Notes: generated by a model from the sequence alone, not told the origin. DNA of 64,000 nt from an uncultured Actinomycetota bacterium (GCA_963737525.1 CAVTTD010000017.1:515-64514), one strand, 5' to 3'; shown: positions 50,788 to 61,313, counted from the stretch's first letter. Numbers and translations: made by a program.

Positions 50788-51174
50788 CTACTCGGCAGGC
50801 GCCGCGTCCTCCGGTCCGAGGACGTCCTCGACGGCTTGGAGGAGCGCGATCGGACTGAACGGCTTGGTGAAGTAGTGGTCCGCACCCGCGGTCATCGCCG
50901 CGGCTCTCCCTTCTTCCCCCGTCGCGGTCACCACGATCACCCGAACCTCCGAGGTAACCGGGTCGCTCTTCACGGCGGCGAGCACTTCCGACCCGGACAC
51001 GCCGGGGATGCTCATGTCGAGCAAGACGAGGTCGGGTCGTTCGTCCTGGACGGCGGCGAGTGCTTGATCGCCGTCGGACGCCTCGTCGATGTCGAACCCC
51101 TCGCCCTCGAGCACGAGGCGCATCGCCTCCCTCATCGTCGGATGGTCTTCGACGATCAGGATCCGGGCGCTCAC
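50788..51174 (-). CDS. single-domain (CheY-like) response-regulator receiver protein
   Basis: 128 aa; [14 protein letters not shown]...[15 protein letters not shown]...TKPF; no output domain. Lies between ftsY and ffh; ATGA overlap with the ftsY stop. Confidence 0.8.
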   Translation of the reverse strand: MSARILIVEDHPTMREAMRLVLEGEGFDIDEASDGDQALAAVQDERPDLVLLDMSIPGVSGSEVLAAVKSDPVTSEVRVIVVTATGEEGRAAAMTAGADHYFTKPFSPIALLQAVEDVLGPEDAAPAE

Positions 51175-52169
51175 GACGCGAGGACCCGGTCTGCGAACAG
51201 CGCCGCGCGGAACGGCTGGAGGTCGTCGAGGCCCTCGCCCGTGCCGACGAGACGAACGGGGACCCCCAGCTCTTCGCGGACCGCGAGGACGACGCCGCCT
51301 TTGGCCGTTCCGTCCAGCTTCGTGAGCACGATCCCCGACACATCAACCGCCTCCGTGAAGGCTCTCGCCTGGGCGATCCCATTCTGACCCGTCGTCGCGT
51401 CGAGGACGAGCAGGGTCTCGGAGACGGAGGCGCCGGCCTTCTCGACCACGCGCCCGATCTTCTGGAGCTCGTCCATCAGCGGGACCTTCGTGTGGAGCCG
51501 GCCGGCCGTATCCACGATGAGCACGTCGGAGCCTCGAGCGACGGCCGACGTGACGGCGTCGAACACCACCGAGCCTGGATCGGCTCCTCGCTCTTGCGAG
51601 ACGAGATGCGCGCCGGCGCGAACGGCCCAGACCTCGAGCTGCTCGCCGGCGGCGGCTCGGAACGTGTCGGCGCCGGCGAGGCTGACGGTGTGCCCCTCCC
51701 CGACCAGGCGCCGCGCGAGCTTCCCGATCGTGGTCGTCTTGCCGGTGCCGTTGACGCCGACCACCATGATCACACCCAGGCCCTCGTCCGGGAGCGCCAG
51801 ACGAGAGTCCGGACCGAGGATCGCGACCATCTCGTCTCGGAGGAGCGCTTCCGGATCCGCGTCACGGGTCCAGCGTGCCCGCACTCGCTCCACGAGCTCC
51901 GAGGCCGCCGTGGGCCCCACGTCGGCCTTGAGCAGCATGTCGTGGAGCGCGGTCCAGGCATCCTCGCCGGCGCCCCGGGACAGGACGGATCGGACCTTCG
52001 TACCCAGCCTCTCGGGACGCTCCGGCAGTGGCGCCGGGACCTCAGGCGTGGTGCCATCTGCCTCCGAGTCACCACCGAGCCGTTGGGCTTCCCTCCGCGC
52101 GCTCGTGAGTCGGACGAAGATGAATGCGACCGCGACGCAGACGAACAGGACGGCGACGGCGATCTCCAC
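51171..52169 (-). CDS. ftsY: signal recognition particle receptor FtsY
   Basis: 332 aa; N-terminal TM anchor, then NG domain ([34 protein letters not shown]). Confidence 0.92.
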   Translation of the reverse strand: MEIAVAVLFVCVAVAFIFVRLTSARREAQRLGGDSEADGTTPEVPAPLPERPERLGTKVRSVLSRGAGEDAWTALHDMLLKADVGPTAASELVERVRARWTRDADPEALLRDEMVAILGPDSRLALPDEGLGVIMVVGVNGTGKTTTIGKLARRLVGEGHTVSLAGADTFRAAAGEQLEVWAVRAGAHLVSQERGADPGSVVFDAVTSAVARGSDVLIVDTAGRLHTKVPLMDELQKIGRVVEKAGASVSETLLVLDATTGQNGIAQARAFTEAVDVSGIVLTKLDGTAKGGVVLAVREELGVPVRLVGTGEGLDDLQPFRAALFADRVLAS

Positions 52170-52178
52170 GCCCGGACG

Positions 52179-55100
52179 CTAGCCCACGGGCTCGGTCGCC
52201 GACACCTCGATCGGTTGCCGATCCGGCTGCGCGGTCGCTTCCGAGGGCTCGGGCGCGAGGTCGTCCGGGTGCTCGAGACGTTGGCAGAGGATCTTCGTGG
52301 TGCCGTCCTTGTTGAGCGAGACGCCGTACATCATCGAGCCGATCTCCATCGTGCGCTTCTGATGCGTCACGATCATGACCTGCGCATCGCGCGCGAAGCC
52401 CGCGACCAGTCGGAGGAACCGGTGGAGGTTCAGGTCGTCGAGTGCCGGCTCCACCTCGTCCATCAGGTAGAAGGGAGACGGGCGTGCGGTGAAGATCGCG
52501 AACAGGAACGCGAGGGCCGCCAGTGAGCGCTCACCGCCCGAGAGCAACGAGATGCGCTTGACCCTCTTGCGGCCCGGGCTCGCCTCGATCTCGATCCCCG
52601 ACTCCAGGGGATTCGCCGGATCGGTCAACACCAGCCGACCGTCGCCCCCGGGGAAGAGCTCCTTCACCAGTCGTTCGAACTGGGTGGCGACGTCTCGGAA
52701 CGCAGCGTCGAAGGTCTCCTGGATCTCCGCGTCCACCTGCGCGACGAGTTCCAAGAGATCCCGGCGTGCCTTCCGGACGTCGTCCAGCTCCCGCTGCATG
52801 AAATCGTGCCGCTCCTGGACCGCCTCGAACTCCCCGGTCGCGAGCAGGTTGACCCGGCCGAGGAGGCCGAGCCGTCGCTGGACGAGTTCGCTCGCCTTCT
52901 CGATCGAGGGGACCGAGTCGTCGTCGGTCAGCATGGCGAGCGCCGCCTCCGGCTCGAGGCCGTGTCCCTCGCGCAGCAGACGTTCGGCGTCGCGGATCCG
53001 GCGCTCGATGTCGCCCCGGAGACGATCGTCCTCCTCGTAGGTCTCGCGGAGCCGGTCGAGCTCGGTCGACGCGTCACGCCATGCCTTGTTGATCTCGGCT
53101 TCGCGGGATGCCGCCGAGCGCTCCGCCGCTGCGGCGGCGTCCCGCTCGTCCGCGGCTTCGGTGGCTCGCTCGTCGGCGCGTGCGGCTGCCTGCTCGGCCG
53201 CCGACCGCGCCGCCTCCGCTTCCTCCAGCGCCAACCGCAGTTGCTGCGGATCGTGCGCCGACGCCTCGTCCCGCTCGGTCTGCGATCTCCCCCGGCGCGC
53301 GTCCAAGGACGCGCGATCGCGCCGGAGGGTCTCCACCACCACGCGAGCCTGGATCGGAGGTTGTGGGAGCGGCGGCAGCTCGGGGATGTCGTCCGGACCG
53401 GTGGGGCCCAGCTCGGTCGAGTCGATCGCGTGCGGTGGTCTGCGCCTCCCGCACGGCCGCCAGCCGTTCCGCGATCAGCTCCCGCTCCTTGCCGGAGGAG
53501 GCAAGATCTCGCTCGAGGGTGACGAGCCGCTCGGCGGCGATCGTGATGTCGGCGTCGGCGGCCTCGATCTGCTGGTTCAAGAACTCGATCTCTTCCGTCG
53601 TTTCCCCGAGACGCTGGCGTAGCGGCTTCAGCCGGCTGCGGGTCCCGGCGAGATCGTGGGCGAGGACCTGGAGCTCCGACCGGATCTCGCGAGCCCTCGT
53701 GTCGATCTCGCGGGGGGTGTGGATCACGGCGGGTCCGACGAGGGTGCCGTCCGGGGTGACGAAGGAGGCGCGCGGGTGCGCGGCCTGCTTCTCGGCGGCC
53801 TCTTCGATCGAGTCTGCGAGGTAGACGTCGCGCAGCACGGTGCTGACGATCCCGCGGGCGGCGGGGTCGGCGTCCACCTCCGAGAGCAACGGCCGTTCCC
53901 CGGAGAGTCCCTGCGGCACCGGCCCCCCCGCGGCGATCGCCAGGATCGCGCCATCGCCCTCCGGAGCGACCGCGAGCGCCTGCTCCCGATCCTCGTAGAC
54001 GACGGCGTCGGCCAGCGGTCCGAGCGCAGAGACGAGAGCCCGCTCGAGGCCTTCTCCCGCGCGGACGAGGTCCTTCAGGACACCCGCCGCGCGGCCGCGG
54101 TGCGTCTTCAAGAACCGCGACCCGGCCGTCTCCTCGATGTCACGGCGGCGCGCTTCCAACAGCTCGAGGCGCGCCTGCTGCCGCCGCTCGATGTCTTCGA
54201 GCTCCTCGACCTTCTCGGCGGCACGGCGTCGCTCGTCTTCGAGCTGTGTCCGACGTTCGGCGAGCGGAGAGGACTGGCCGTCGAGGCCCTCGATGTCCGC
54301 CTCGATCTCCTCCTGCTCGGTCCGAAGGGCGCCGCTCCGTTCGTCGATCTCGCGAAGCTCCGCTTCCAGCCGATCACGCTCCCGTTCGCCGGAGGAGAGC
54401 GCGCGCTCCAGCGCTTCGATCTCCACCCGGCGCCCTATAGCCTCCTCGCCTGCCCGCCGCCGGAGCTCGTCCACCTCGCGCCGGTGCTGGTCGGCGTCCC
54501 GGAACGCGGCCTCGGCTTCGTCGAGCTCACGCTCCCGCGCGGCGAGCTCCCCGAGGGTGCGCTCCAGATCCGCCTCCACGCGGGCGAGCTCGGCCTCGAT
54601 GGCATCGAGCCGAGCCGCTCGGCCGGCCTGGGAGGCGAGTTCCTCCCGCGATGCGCCTTCGCGCTCGAGGGCGATCCGGAACGCTTGCTGCGCCTCGGAC
54701 CGATCCGCTTGTGCCGAACGGAAGCGGAGCTCGCTCTCCGCGAGTCGCCTCGAGGCCGCGGCCCGCTCATCCGCCCCATCGAGCACCTCGGCATCGAGGG
54801 CGTCCAATCGGGCACGAGCTGCTTCTCGCTCGGCCAGACCATGGTCCCAGCCGCCGCTCCGCCGCTCGCGTTCCGCCAGCAGCGCCCGCAGTCGAGCCGC
54901 CGCCAGCTTCCGTGACAGCTCCTCCGCCTGTTCCGTCAGCGTCTCGTGTTTCTTGGCCATCTCGGCCTGTTGACGCAACGGTTTCAGCTGTCGCCTGAGC
55001 TCTCCCATCACGTCCTGGAGCCGGAGGAGGTCTTGGTCCAAGCCGGCCAGCTTGCGCTCGGCTCGCTCCTTTCGACGACGATGCTTCGCGATGCCGGCCG

Positions 55101-55590
55101 CTTCCTCGATGTATTTCCGGCGCTCCTCCGGTCTCGATAGGAGCACCTCCTCGAGCTGTCCCTGTCCGACGACCGTATGCAGCGCTCGGCCGATGCCCGA
55201 CTCCGAGAGGAGCTCCTGGACGTCGAGCAACCGGACCAGCTTGCCGTTGATCCGGTATTCGCTATCCCCCGAGCGGAAGATGGAGCGGGAGACCTCGATC
55301 TCCGACATCGGCACCGGGATCAGACCGGCCTCATTGTCGATGACCAGCTTCACCTCGGCCATGCCGAGCGCGGGGCGGGTGGGCGTGCCGGCGAAGATCA
55401 CGTCGGCCATCTGCCCCCCTCGGAGCGCGCGAGGACCCTGCTCGCCGAGCGCCCAGCTGATCGCGTCGACCAGGTTCGACTTCCCAGATCCGTTGGGGCC
55501 CACGATGACGCTGACGCCGGGGATGAACTCCAAGACGGTCTTGTCCGCGAAGGACTTGAACCCGCGGATCTGGATCTGTCGCAAGAACAT
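52179..55590 (-). CDS. smc: chromosome partition protein SMC; apparent frameshift in the C-terminal coiled coil
   Basis: ATG at 55590: MFLRQIQIRGFKSFADKTVLEFIPGVSVIVGPNGSGKSNLVDAI (Walker A). The C-terminal part is in another frame: ...LGLLGRVNLLATGEFEAVQERHDFMQRELDDV...LLSGGERSLAALAFLFAIFTARPSPFYLMDEVEPALDD (signature and Walker B). Join at about 53340-53400. Confidence 0.85.
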
Positions 55591-55648
55591 GCGGCGCGAT
55601 GCTAACAGTGGTCCGGTTCCCGACCCGGTAGCCGGGAGCGTGCATTTC

Positions 55649-55933
55649 CTAGTGGATGATGCGGAAGCCCGCCTCGCCGGTCGGCGCTTCCTCCTCCGAA
55701 CGGACCCGGTCCACACGCGCGAGCGGCGGACCTTCCCGGCACCAGGTCAACATCCTCGACACGGCGGACGGAGGCCCTTCGAAGACGGCCTCCACGCTGC
55801 CACCGGGGACGTTCCGAACCCAGCCGGACAGGCCCAGGTCCTCCGCCAGACCCGCGCACGAGGTACGGAAAAATACGCCTTGCACGTGCCCGGAGATGCT
55901 TACCCGCACGCGGCGCATGCGATATGGTCCCAC
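55649..55933 (-). CDS. acyP: acylphosphatase
   Basis: 94 aa; RVRVSISGHVQGVFFRTSCAGLAEDLGLSGWVRNVPGGSVEAVFEG fits the VxGxVQGVxFR / GWVRN motifs. Confidence 0.8.
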   Translation of the reverse strand: MGPYRMRRVRVSISGHVQGVFFRTSCAGLAEDLGLSGWVRNVPGGSVEAVFEGPPSAVSRMLTWCREGPPLARVDRVRSEEEAPTGEAGFRIIH

Positions 55934-56042
55934 TGGGGACCGAAAGACCTAGGGAACTCGAGGTTATCTGGGTCGTTCGTCGGGGTAAGCCTTCCGGGAT
56001 GGGGAGAACTCCCTACAGAGGATCCACTGTGAGGAGGACGGG

Positions 56043-56645
56043 GTGAAGAAGCTTCTGGTGATTCCGGTACTGCTCATGTTCGCGTTCGCCTTCCCGGCGT
56101 TCGCGGATCCGGGGCCGACCGATGAGGTCGAGGTGATCCTCGGCACGTGCGAGGACGGGACGACGATCCTCCGCGCACATAACACCACGGACGTGGAGCT
56201 CGGATGGCTGATCAGGATCGACGGCCGGCTCGTCGACCAGGGCCGGCTCGCTCCCGATGAGCGCGTCGAGCGAACGTACGAGGTTTCCGCCGGCGAGTCG
56301 CACTTCTTCCGGATCAGGCTCGGCCTGATGGGCGAGAGCCACTACTTCTCGACCGAAGGCTGGACGGACCGCACGAACTGCGAGAGCGAGACCCCGACGC
56401 CGAGCGAGACGGAAACCCCGACACCGACCGAGACGCCGTCGGAGTCGGAGACCCCCTCCGAGAGCGTCGGCGGCGGCTCGCACACCCCCTCGACGAGCGT
56501 GCTCGGTGGATCCGAGACCCGATCGCCGGGGTCGGGCGGCACGGCGTTCACCGGATCCGAGGTGGGTTGGCTCATCGCGGCCGGACTGGGCCTGCTCCTG
56601 CTCGGGGCGGCGGCGCTGCGCTTCGCCTCCCGTTCGACCGAGTAA
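56043..56645 (+). CDS. cell-surface protein: signal peptide, ~100-aa domain, Thr/Pro/Glu/Ser-rich linker, C-terminal sorting-signal-like anchor
   Basis: GTG start with GAGGAGGA SD. Signal MKKLLVIPVLLMFAFAFPAFA. Linker ETPTPSETETPTPTETPSESETPSES. C-terminus GTAFTGSEVGWLIAAGLGLLLLGAAALRFASRSTE (AxTG-like motif, hydrophobic span, basic tail). Locally lower GC. Confidence 0.6.
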   Translation: MKKLLVIPVLLMFAFAFPAFADPGPTDEVEVILGTCEDGTTILRAHNTTDVELGWLIRIDGRLVDQGRLAPDERVERTYEVSAGESHFFRIRLGLMGESHYFSTEGWTDRTNCESETPTPSETETPTPTETPSESETPSESVGGGSHTPSTSVLGGSETRSPGSGGTAFTGSEVGWLIAAGLGLLLLGAAALRFASRSTE

Positions 56646-56668
56646 CGATCCACCATCGCGTCGCGCTG

Positions 56669-56692
56669 AGGCCGGCGGGCTCGCCCGCCGGC
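56669..56692 (+). terminator. GC-rich hairpin after the surface-protein gene (possible terminator, no U-tract)
   Basis: GGCCGGCGGG-CTCG-CCCGCCGGCC, perfect 10-bp stem. Confidence 0.35.
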
Positions 56693-56715
56693 CTCACCGC
56701 TAGGCTGACGAGGCG

Positions 56716-57312
56716 ATGCACGGCAGCGGAAGCCGCTACGACGGAGCGACCGCGTTGCTCGTCGTCGACCTCCAGAACGATTTCGCGGATCCGAACGGCT
56801 CGTTGTATGTCCGGGAAGGCGAGCTCGTGATCTCGGTGGCGAACGGCGAGATCGCGGAGGCGGAGGGAGCCGGCGCACTGATCGTCTACACGCAGGACTG
56901 GCACCCGGAGTCGACACCCCATTTCGAGAAGGACGGCGGGCTCTGGCCGGTCCATTGCGTGCACGACAGCTGGGGAGCGATGTTCCACCCGGATCTCCGG
57001 GTGGTCGGAGACGTCGTTCGCAAGGGAACGGGAGGAGAGGACGGGTACAGCGCGTTCAGCGTGCGCGACCCTCTCAGCGGCGACACGGCACCGACCATCC
57101 TCCCGGGTCTGCTGGCGGAACGCGGCGTCGAGCGGATCGTGCTGTGCGGGTTGGCAACCGACTTCTGCGTGGTCGAGTCGGTCACCGATGCTCGTGAGCT
57201 CGGCTATCCGGTCGTCGTCATCGGGAACGGGATCCGCGCGGTTGATCGGAAGGCGGGCTCGGGCGAGCGGGCCGTCGAGATGATGCGTCACGCCGGCGCC
57301 GAGCTCGTCTGA
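56716..57312 (+). CDS. pncA: isochorismatase-family cysteine hydrolase (nicotinamidase/pyrazinamidase-like)
   Basis: 198 aa; ALLVVDLQNDF (Asp), RKGTGGEDGYSAF (Lys), LCGLATDFCVVES (Cys) form the catalytic triad. YTQDWHPE...H..CVHDSWGA is a metal-binding region typical of PncA. Confidence 0.78.
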   Translation: MHGSGSRYDGATALLVVDLQNDFADPNGSLYVREGELVISVANGEIAEAEGAGALIVYTQDWHPESTPHFEKDGGLWPVHCVHDSWGAMFHPDLRVVGDVVRKGTGGEDGYSAFSVRDPLSGDTAPTILPGLLAERGVERIVLCGLATDFCVVESVTDARELGYPVVVIGNGIRAVDRKAGSGERAVEMMRHAGAELV

Positions 57313-57342
57313 GGACCGTCTCGCTCGCTCGGCAGACGCCGG

Positions 57343-58185
57343 TCAGCTCTGACACTGTGGGCAGAAATACGATGTGCGCTGGGAAACCTTGACGGTCTGG
57401 ATCGGCGTGCGGCAGCGGCGGCACGGCTCGCCCTCGCGCCCATAGACCTTCAGCTCCCCCTGGAACTCCCCCGGCTTCCCGAAGAGATCGACGTAGGCCT
57501 CGTCGCCCAGCGTTGTACCCCGCATCTTGATCGCGTCCTGCACCGTCTCCTGGATCGCCCGATAGAGGCGGCGGACCTCCTGGGAAGAGAGGGTGTCGGA
57601 CAATCGGTCGTAGCGGAGCCCGGCCGCGAACAGCACCTCGTCCGAGTAGATGTTCCCCAATCCGCTGATGAACTTCTGGTCCATCAGGAGCTGCTTCATC
57701 TTCGCGCCGCGCTGCGCGAGCAGGTACTGGAAGGTGGGCCACGTGAAGACCTGGTCGAGCGGGTCGATCGCGATGTGCTGCAGTTCCTTCACCTTGCCGA
57801 GTTCGTCCGCGCTGGTCACGAACATCTCGCCGAACGTGCGCGGGTCGATGAAGCGGAGGTCACCACCCTGCTGGAACGTGAGGACCACGTGGGTGTGCGG
57901 TTCGATGACGACGCGGCCGTTCCCCCGTTGGAACTGGCCACTCATCCCGAAATGGGTGACGAGGGCATCGCCCGAGTCCAGATGCAGCAGCAGATACTTC
58001 CCCCTGCGCTCCACCTTGGTGAGCTTCCGCCCCTCGAGGCGGGAGGTGAAATCCTTCCGCTTCCCGTGCCGGCGGATCACGCGCATCGCGTTCCGGGAGC
58101 TCTTCACCTCCGCGGTCTTGATCCGGCGACCCACGACGTCCTTCTCCAGGTCCCGGCGCATCACCTCGACCTCCGGTAGCTCCAC
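57343..58185 (-). CDS. mutM: formamidopyrimidine-DNA glycosylase
   Basis: 280 aa; MELPEVEVMRRDLE (N-terminal PELPEVE), H2TH and C-terminal zinc finger CRRCRTPIQTVKVSQRTSYFCPQCQ. Confidence 0.9.
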   Translation of the reverse strand: MELPEVEVMRRDLEKDVVGRRIKTAEVKSSRNAMRVIRRHGKRKDFTSRLEGRKLTKVERRGKYLLLHLDSGDALVTHFGMSGQFQRGNGRVVIEPHTHVVLTFQQGGDLRFIDPRTFGEMFVTSADELGKVKELQHIAIDPLDQVFTWPTFQYLLAQRGAKMKQLLMDQKFISGLGNIYSDEVLFAAGLRYDRLSDTLSSQEVRRLYRAIQETVQDAIKMRGTTLGDEAYVDLFGKPGEFQGELKVYGREGEPCRRCRTPIQTVKVSQRTSYFCPQCQS

Positions 58186-58194
58186 GCCGCCCCC

Positions 58195-58911
58195 CTACGC
58201 CCCGACCCGCTCGGAGATGTGGTCGAACGCTTCGCGGGCGGCACGCTGTTCGGCCTCCTTCTTCGACCTGCCGATGCCCTCGCCCAGTGGCTCGCCGCCC
58301 AGGAACACGGTGGCCGTGAACTCCTTCTCGTGATCGGGTCCGCGTTCCTCCAGCCGGTACTCCGGCATCGTGTGCAGCTGGCGAGAGGCGAGCTCCTGCA
58401 GGATCGTCTTGTAGTCCCGATCGCCCTCGCCCCTGACGTAGGCCTCCATCAGCGGGCGGAAGAGGCGCTCGATCAGCCGACGGGTTTCGTCGAGTCCGAG
58501 ATCCAGGTACACCGCTCCGATCACGGCCTCGAGGGCGTCGGCCAGGATGCTCGCCTTGTCGCGGCCGCCGCTCTGCTCTTCCCCTTTCCCGAGTCGCACG
58601 AGCGCGCCGAGCCCGAGCGAGCGCGCGACGTCGGCGAGGGCCTGCGCGTTGACGACCGCGGCTCGTAGCTTCGCGAGCTCACCCTCGGGCATGTTCGGGA
58701 ACGCTTCGAACGCCATGTCCGTGACCACCAGCCCGAGGACGGAGTCACCGAGGAATTCCAGCCGCTCGTTCGTGGCGTCGACGCCGTGCTCGAAGGCGTA
58801 CGAACGGTGGGTCAGAGCGGTCTCGCGGAGCTCCTCATCGCGGAACCGGATGCCCAGCGCCCGATCCAACGCCTCCGGCCCGGGCAACGACGAGGCTTCC
58901 GCTTGGGTCAC
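58195..58911 (-). CDS. rnc: ribonuclease III
   Basis: GTG start 4 nt after the rpmF stop. RNase III signature ERLEFLGDSVLGLVVTDMAF; C-terminal dsRBD ...GRSKKEAEQRAAREA. Confidence 0.88.
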   Translation of the reverse strand: MTQAEASSLPGPEALDRALGIRFRDEELRETALTHRSYAFEHGVDATNERLEFLGDSVLGLVVTDMAFEAFPNMPEGELAKLRAAVVNAQALADVARSLGLGALVRLGKGEEQSGGRDKASILADALEAVIGAVYLDLGLDETRRLIERLFRPLMEAYVRGEGDRDYKTILQELASRQLHTMPEYRLEERGPDHEKEFTATVFLGGEPLGEGIGRSKKEAEQRAAREAFDHISERVGA

Positions 58912-58915
58912 GCCG

Positions 58916-59092
58916 TCACTCGACCTCGACGGCCTGTCGGCCGGCGTAATAGCCGCAGTTCCCGCACACGCGGTGTGGGAGCTTGGCCTGGTGACACTGC
59001 GGGCATTCCGAGTACGCGGGCGGCTTCGCCTTCCAGTTGGCCGCGCGCTTGTCTCCTCGCGTCTTGCTCTGCTTCTTCTTGGGAACCGCCAT
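58916..59092 (-). CDS. rpmF: 50S ribosomal protein L32
   Basis: 58 aa: MAVPKKKQSKTRGDKRAANWKAKPPAYSECPQCHQAKLPHRVCGNCGYYAGRQAVEVE. Too short for the ORF track. Confidence 0.85.
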   Translation of the reverse strand: MAVPKKKQSKTRGDKRAANWKAKPPAYSECPQCHQAKLPHRVCGNCGYYAGRQAVEVE

Positions 59093-59152
59093 CCGTTCAT
59101 CCCTTTCCTATCCGTTGGCCCATCCGTTGGCCCGATCGGGCCGTTCGTCGGC

Positions 59153-60253
59153 CTATCGCTTCGGTCGATCCTTCGGACCGTCCTCGGTGTGCTGGTTCCA
59201 TTCGTCCAGGAGCGCCTCGAGCCCGTCCCACCGGGGGTCGATCTCGGACTCGGTGCACGTGCACTGGCCGAGGTTGAGATCGCCGCCGCATCGGGCACAG
59301 AGCCCACGACAGTCTGGCCGGCACACCGGAGCGAACGGCAGCTCGACACCGATCGCGTCGCGCATCATCTGATCCGGATCGAGGAATCCTTCGGGATCCA
59401 ACGGATATTCATCCGAATCCTCGTGCGGGAACGGGACGAACAGCTCGCGCAGCTCGACCGAGAACCCCTGCTCGAACTCCTTCAAGCAACGAGCGCACCG
59501 GAGTGACAGGGCACCCTGGAGCCGGCCGCTCGCGAGGATGCCCTCCGCGAGCGATTCGAGGACCAACTCTCCGGAGATCGGCGTGTCGTCGCTCAAGCCC
59601 GCGAGCTCGGTCGCAAGATCGTCGATCGTGCCCGAGACCTGCTCCGCCTTCCAGGTTCCGTATCGCCCGACGAGATCGCGAACGTCGATGACGCCGATCA
59701 CACGCTCCTCCTCATCGAACAGCTCGTTCTCCTCCGGCGGCCGCGCGAACTCCGCTTCGGCCGCGTTCGCCGGTCCTCGAAGCCGCTCGCGACCCACCTC
59801 CACCTGGTCGAGCGTCCGGTTGAGGGCCTTCGTGGATCCCTGCGACGCCTCGAGGATCTTGCGGATCGAGATCTCGAATTGAGCGAGCTTGGCATCGACG
59901 TAGTCCTCTGCCTCGGCGCGCATCGCGCGGGCGCGCTCCTCCCCCTCCGAGATCACGCGATCGGATTCGGTCGTGGCTCTGGCGACGATCTCCTCCTTCC
60001 GGGCCATCCGGAGCTGCTCCTCGTGCGCTTGCTCGACGATGCGCTCTCCTTCCTCACGCGCCTTCGCGAGAAGCTCGTCTCGATCCCGAACGATCCACCG
60101 GGCTTGCTTGATCTCCTCGGGCATCGCGTCCTTCATCTCCGCGATCATCTCGAGGATCTCCTCGCGATTGACGAGCACCGACGAGGAGAGCGGCATCGAT
60201 TTGGCCTCCCTGATCAGCTCTTCCAGCTGCTCGAGCCGTGTCGAGAAGTCCAT
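59153..60253 (-). CDS. YceD/DUF177-family protein with ~190-aa N-terminal coiled-coil extension (single frame, no intervening stop)
   Basis: ATG at 60253 overlaps the coaD stop (TGATG). N-terminal part MDFSTRLEQLEELIREAKSMPLSSSVLVNREEILEMIAEMKD... is charged and helical. C-terminal part has the DUF177 Cys motifs LRCARCLKEF ... PVCRPDCRGLCARCGGDLNLGQCTC. Sits upstream of rpmF as usual. Confidence 0.7.
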   Translation of the reverse strand: MDFSTRLEQLEELIREAKSMPLSSSVLVNREEILEMIAEMKDAMPEEIKQARWIVRDRDELLAKAREEGERIVEQAHEEQLRMARKEEIVARATTESDRVISEGEERARAMRAEAEDYVDAKLAQFEISIRKILEASQGSTKALNRTLDQVEVGRERLRGPANAAEAEFARPPEENELFDEEERVIGVIDVRDLVGRYGTWKAEQVSGTIDDLATELAGLSDDTPISGELVLESLAEGILASGRLQGALSLRCARCLKEFEQGFSVELRELFVPFPHEDSDEYPLDPEGFLDPDQMMRDAIGVELPFAPVCRPDCRGLCARCGGDLNLGQCTCTESEIDPRWDGLEALLDEWNQHTEDGPKDRPKR

Positions 60254-60738
60254 CAGCGATCGTCCAACCTGTCTGCCAGCGAGGCCTTGACGTGATCGGG
60301 GACGAGTCCCGAGACGTCGCCGCCGAGGCGGGCGACCTCCTTCACCAGCGACGACGACAGGAAGGACCATCTCGGACTCGTCGACATGAACAGCGTCTCC
60401 ACGCCGGCGAGGCGATGGTTCATCTGTGCCATCTGGATCTCGTACTCGTAGTCGGAGATGGCCCGGAGACCCTTGACGATGACGGCGTCGCCGTGGGCCC
60501 TGGCGAGGTCGACGAGGAGCCCGCGGAACGAGACCACGGTGACATCGGGCATGCCTACGCACGCTTCCTTGAGCATCGCGACTCGCTCCTCGAGCGAGAA
60601 CATCGGCTGCTTGGAGGGGTTCTCCAGCGCGCCGACGACCACCGTCTCGAAGGTTTCGGATGCCCTTCCGATGATGTCGAGATGACCGTTCGTCACGGGA
60701 TCGAACGTCCCCGGACACAGGGCGGTCAGGCCCATCAC
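60253..60738 (-). CDS. coaD: phosphopantetheine adenylyltransferase
   Basis: 161 aa; CPGTFDPVTNGHLDII (HxGH) and C-terminal ISSSLVKEV. Confidence 0.92.
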   Translation of the reverse strand: MMGLTALCPGTFDPVTNGHLDIIGRASETFETVVVGALENPSKQPMFSLEERVAMLKEACVGMPDVTVVSFRGLLVDLARAHGDAVIVKGLRAISDYEYEIQMAQMNHRLAGVETLFMSTSPRWSFLSSSLVKEVARLGGDVSGLVPDHVKASLADRLDDR

Positions 60739-61313
60739 ACCTCCACGTCTCTTGGCAGGCTTCGTGACCGGAACAACATGACGACGCTGTCTCCGTAGGA
60801 GAGGCGCCGCGCGACTGCCCAGTGTAGCGGAATCACATGTGTGGAACTCCTGGAGCCGCGGGTGAGCACGACCGTGAAACCCTCCTTGAGCAGGGGTTTC
60901 ACGTCCAGGAGCGCCAGGACGGGGTCCAGGTCGGATCCCCAGGTCTCATACGGTGGGTCCAGGAACACGAGGTCGAATCCCTCCTCATCGGCGGACCCGC
61001 GTTCGAGGAACGTCCGAACGTCCGAACGCCTGACCGCCGCTCGACCGTGGAGGCCCGTGCGAGCGAGGTTGTCCCGCACGGCGGTCACCGCGGCGGGGTT
61101 GGAGTCCACGAACACCGCCTCGTCGGCTCCCCGCGACAATGCCTCGACGCCGAGCGCCCCCGTCCCCGCATACAGGTCGAGCACGCGCGCACCCTCGAGG
61201 CGGGCCCCGAGACTCGAGAAGAGGCCCTCTCGGACCCGGTCGGACACCGGCCGGACACCGGCCGGGACACGCCCGAGCCGTGCCCCCTTCGCGCTGCCGG
61301 CGATGACCCGCAT
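60735..61313 (-). CDS. rsmD: 16S rRNA (guanine966-N2)-methyltransferase
   Basis: 192 aa; MRVIAGSAKGARL...RVREGLFSSLG...VLDLYAGTGALGVEALSRGA...VFLDPPY. Confidence 0.88.
   Translation of the reverse strand: MRVIAGSAKGARLGRVPAGVRPVSDRVREGLFSSLGARLEGARVLDLYAGTGALGVEALSRGADEAVFVDSNPAAVTAVRDNLARTGLHGRAAVRRSDVRTFLERGSADEEGFDLVFLDPPYETWGSDLDPVLALLDVKPLLKEGFTVVLTRGSRSSTHVIPLHWAVARRLSYGDSVVMLFRSRSLPRDVEV

Noticed and set aside
59153-60718. 521-aa ORF call extending upstream of 60253.
   Set aside because: The portion above 60253 is an alternate frame of coaD. The gene starts at the ATG coupled to the coaD stop.
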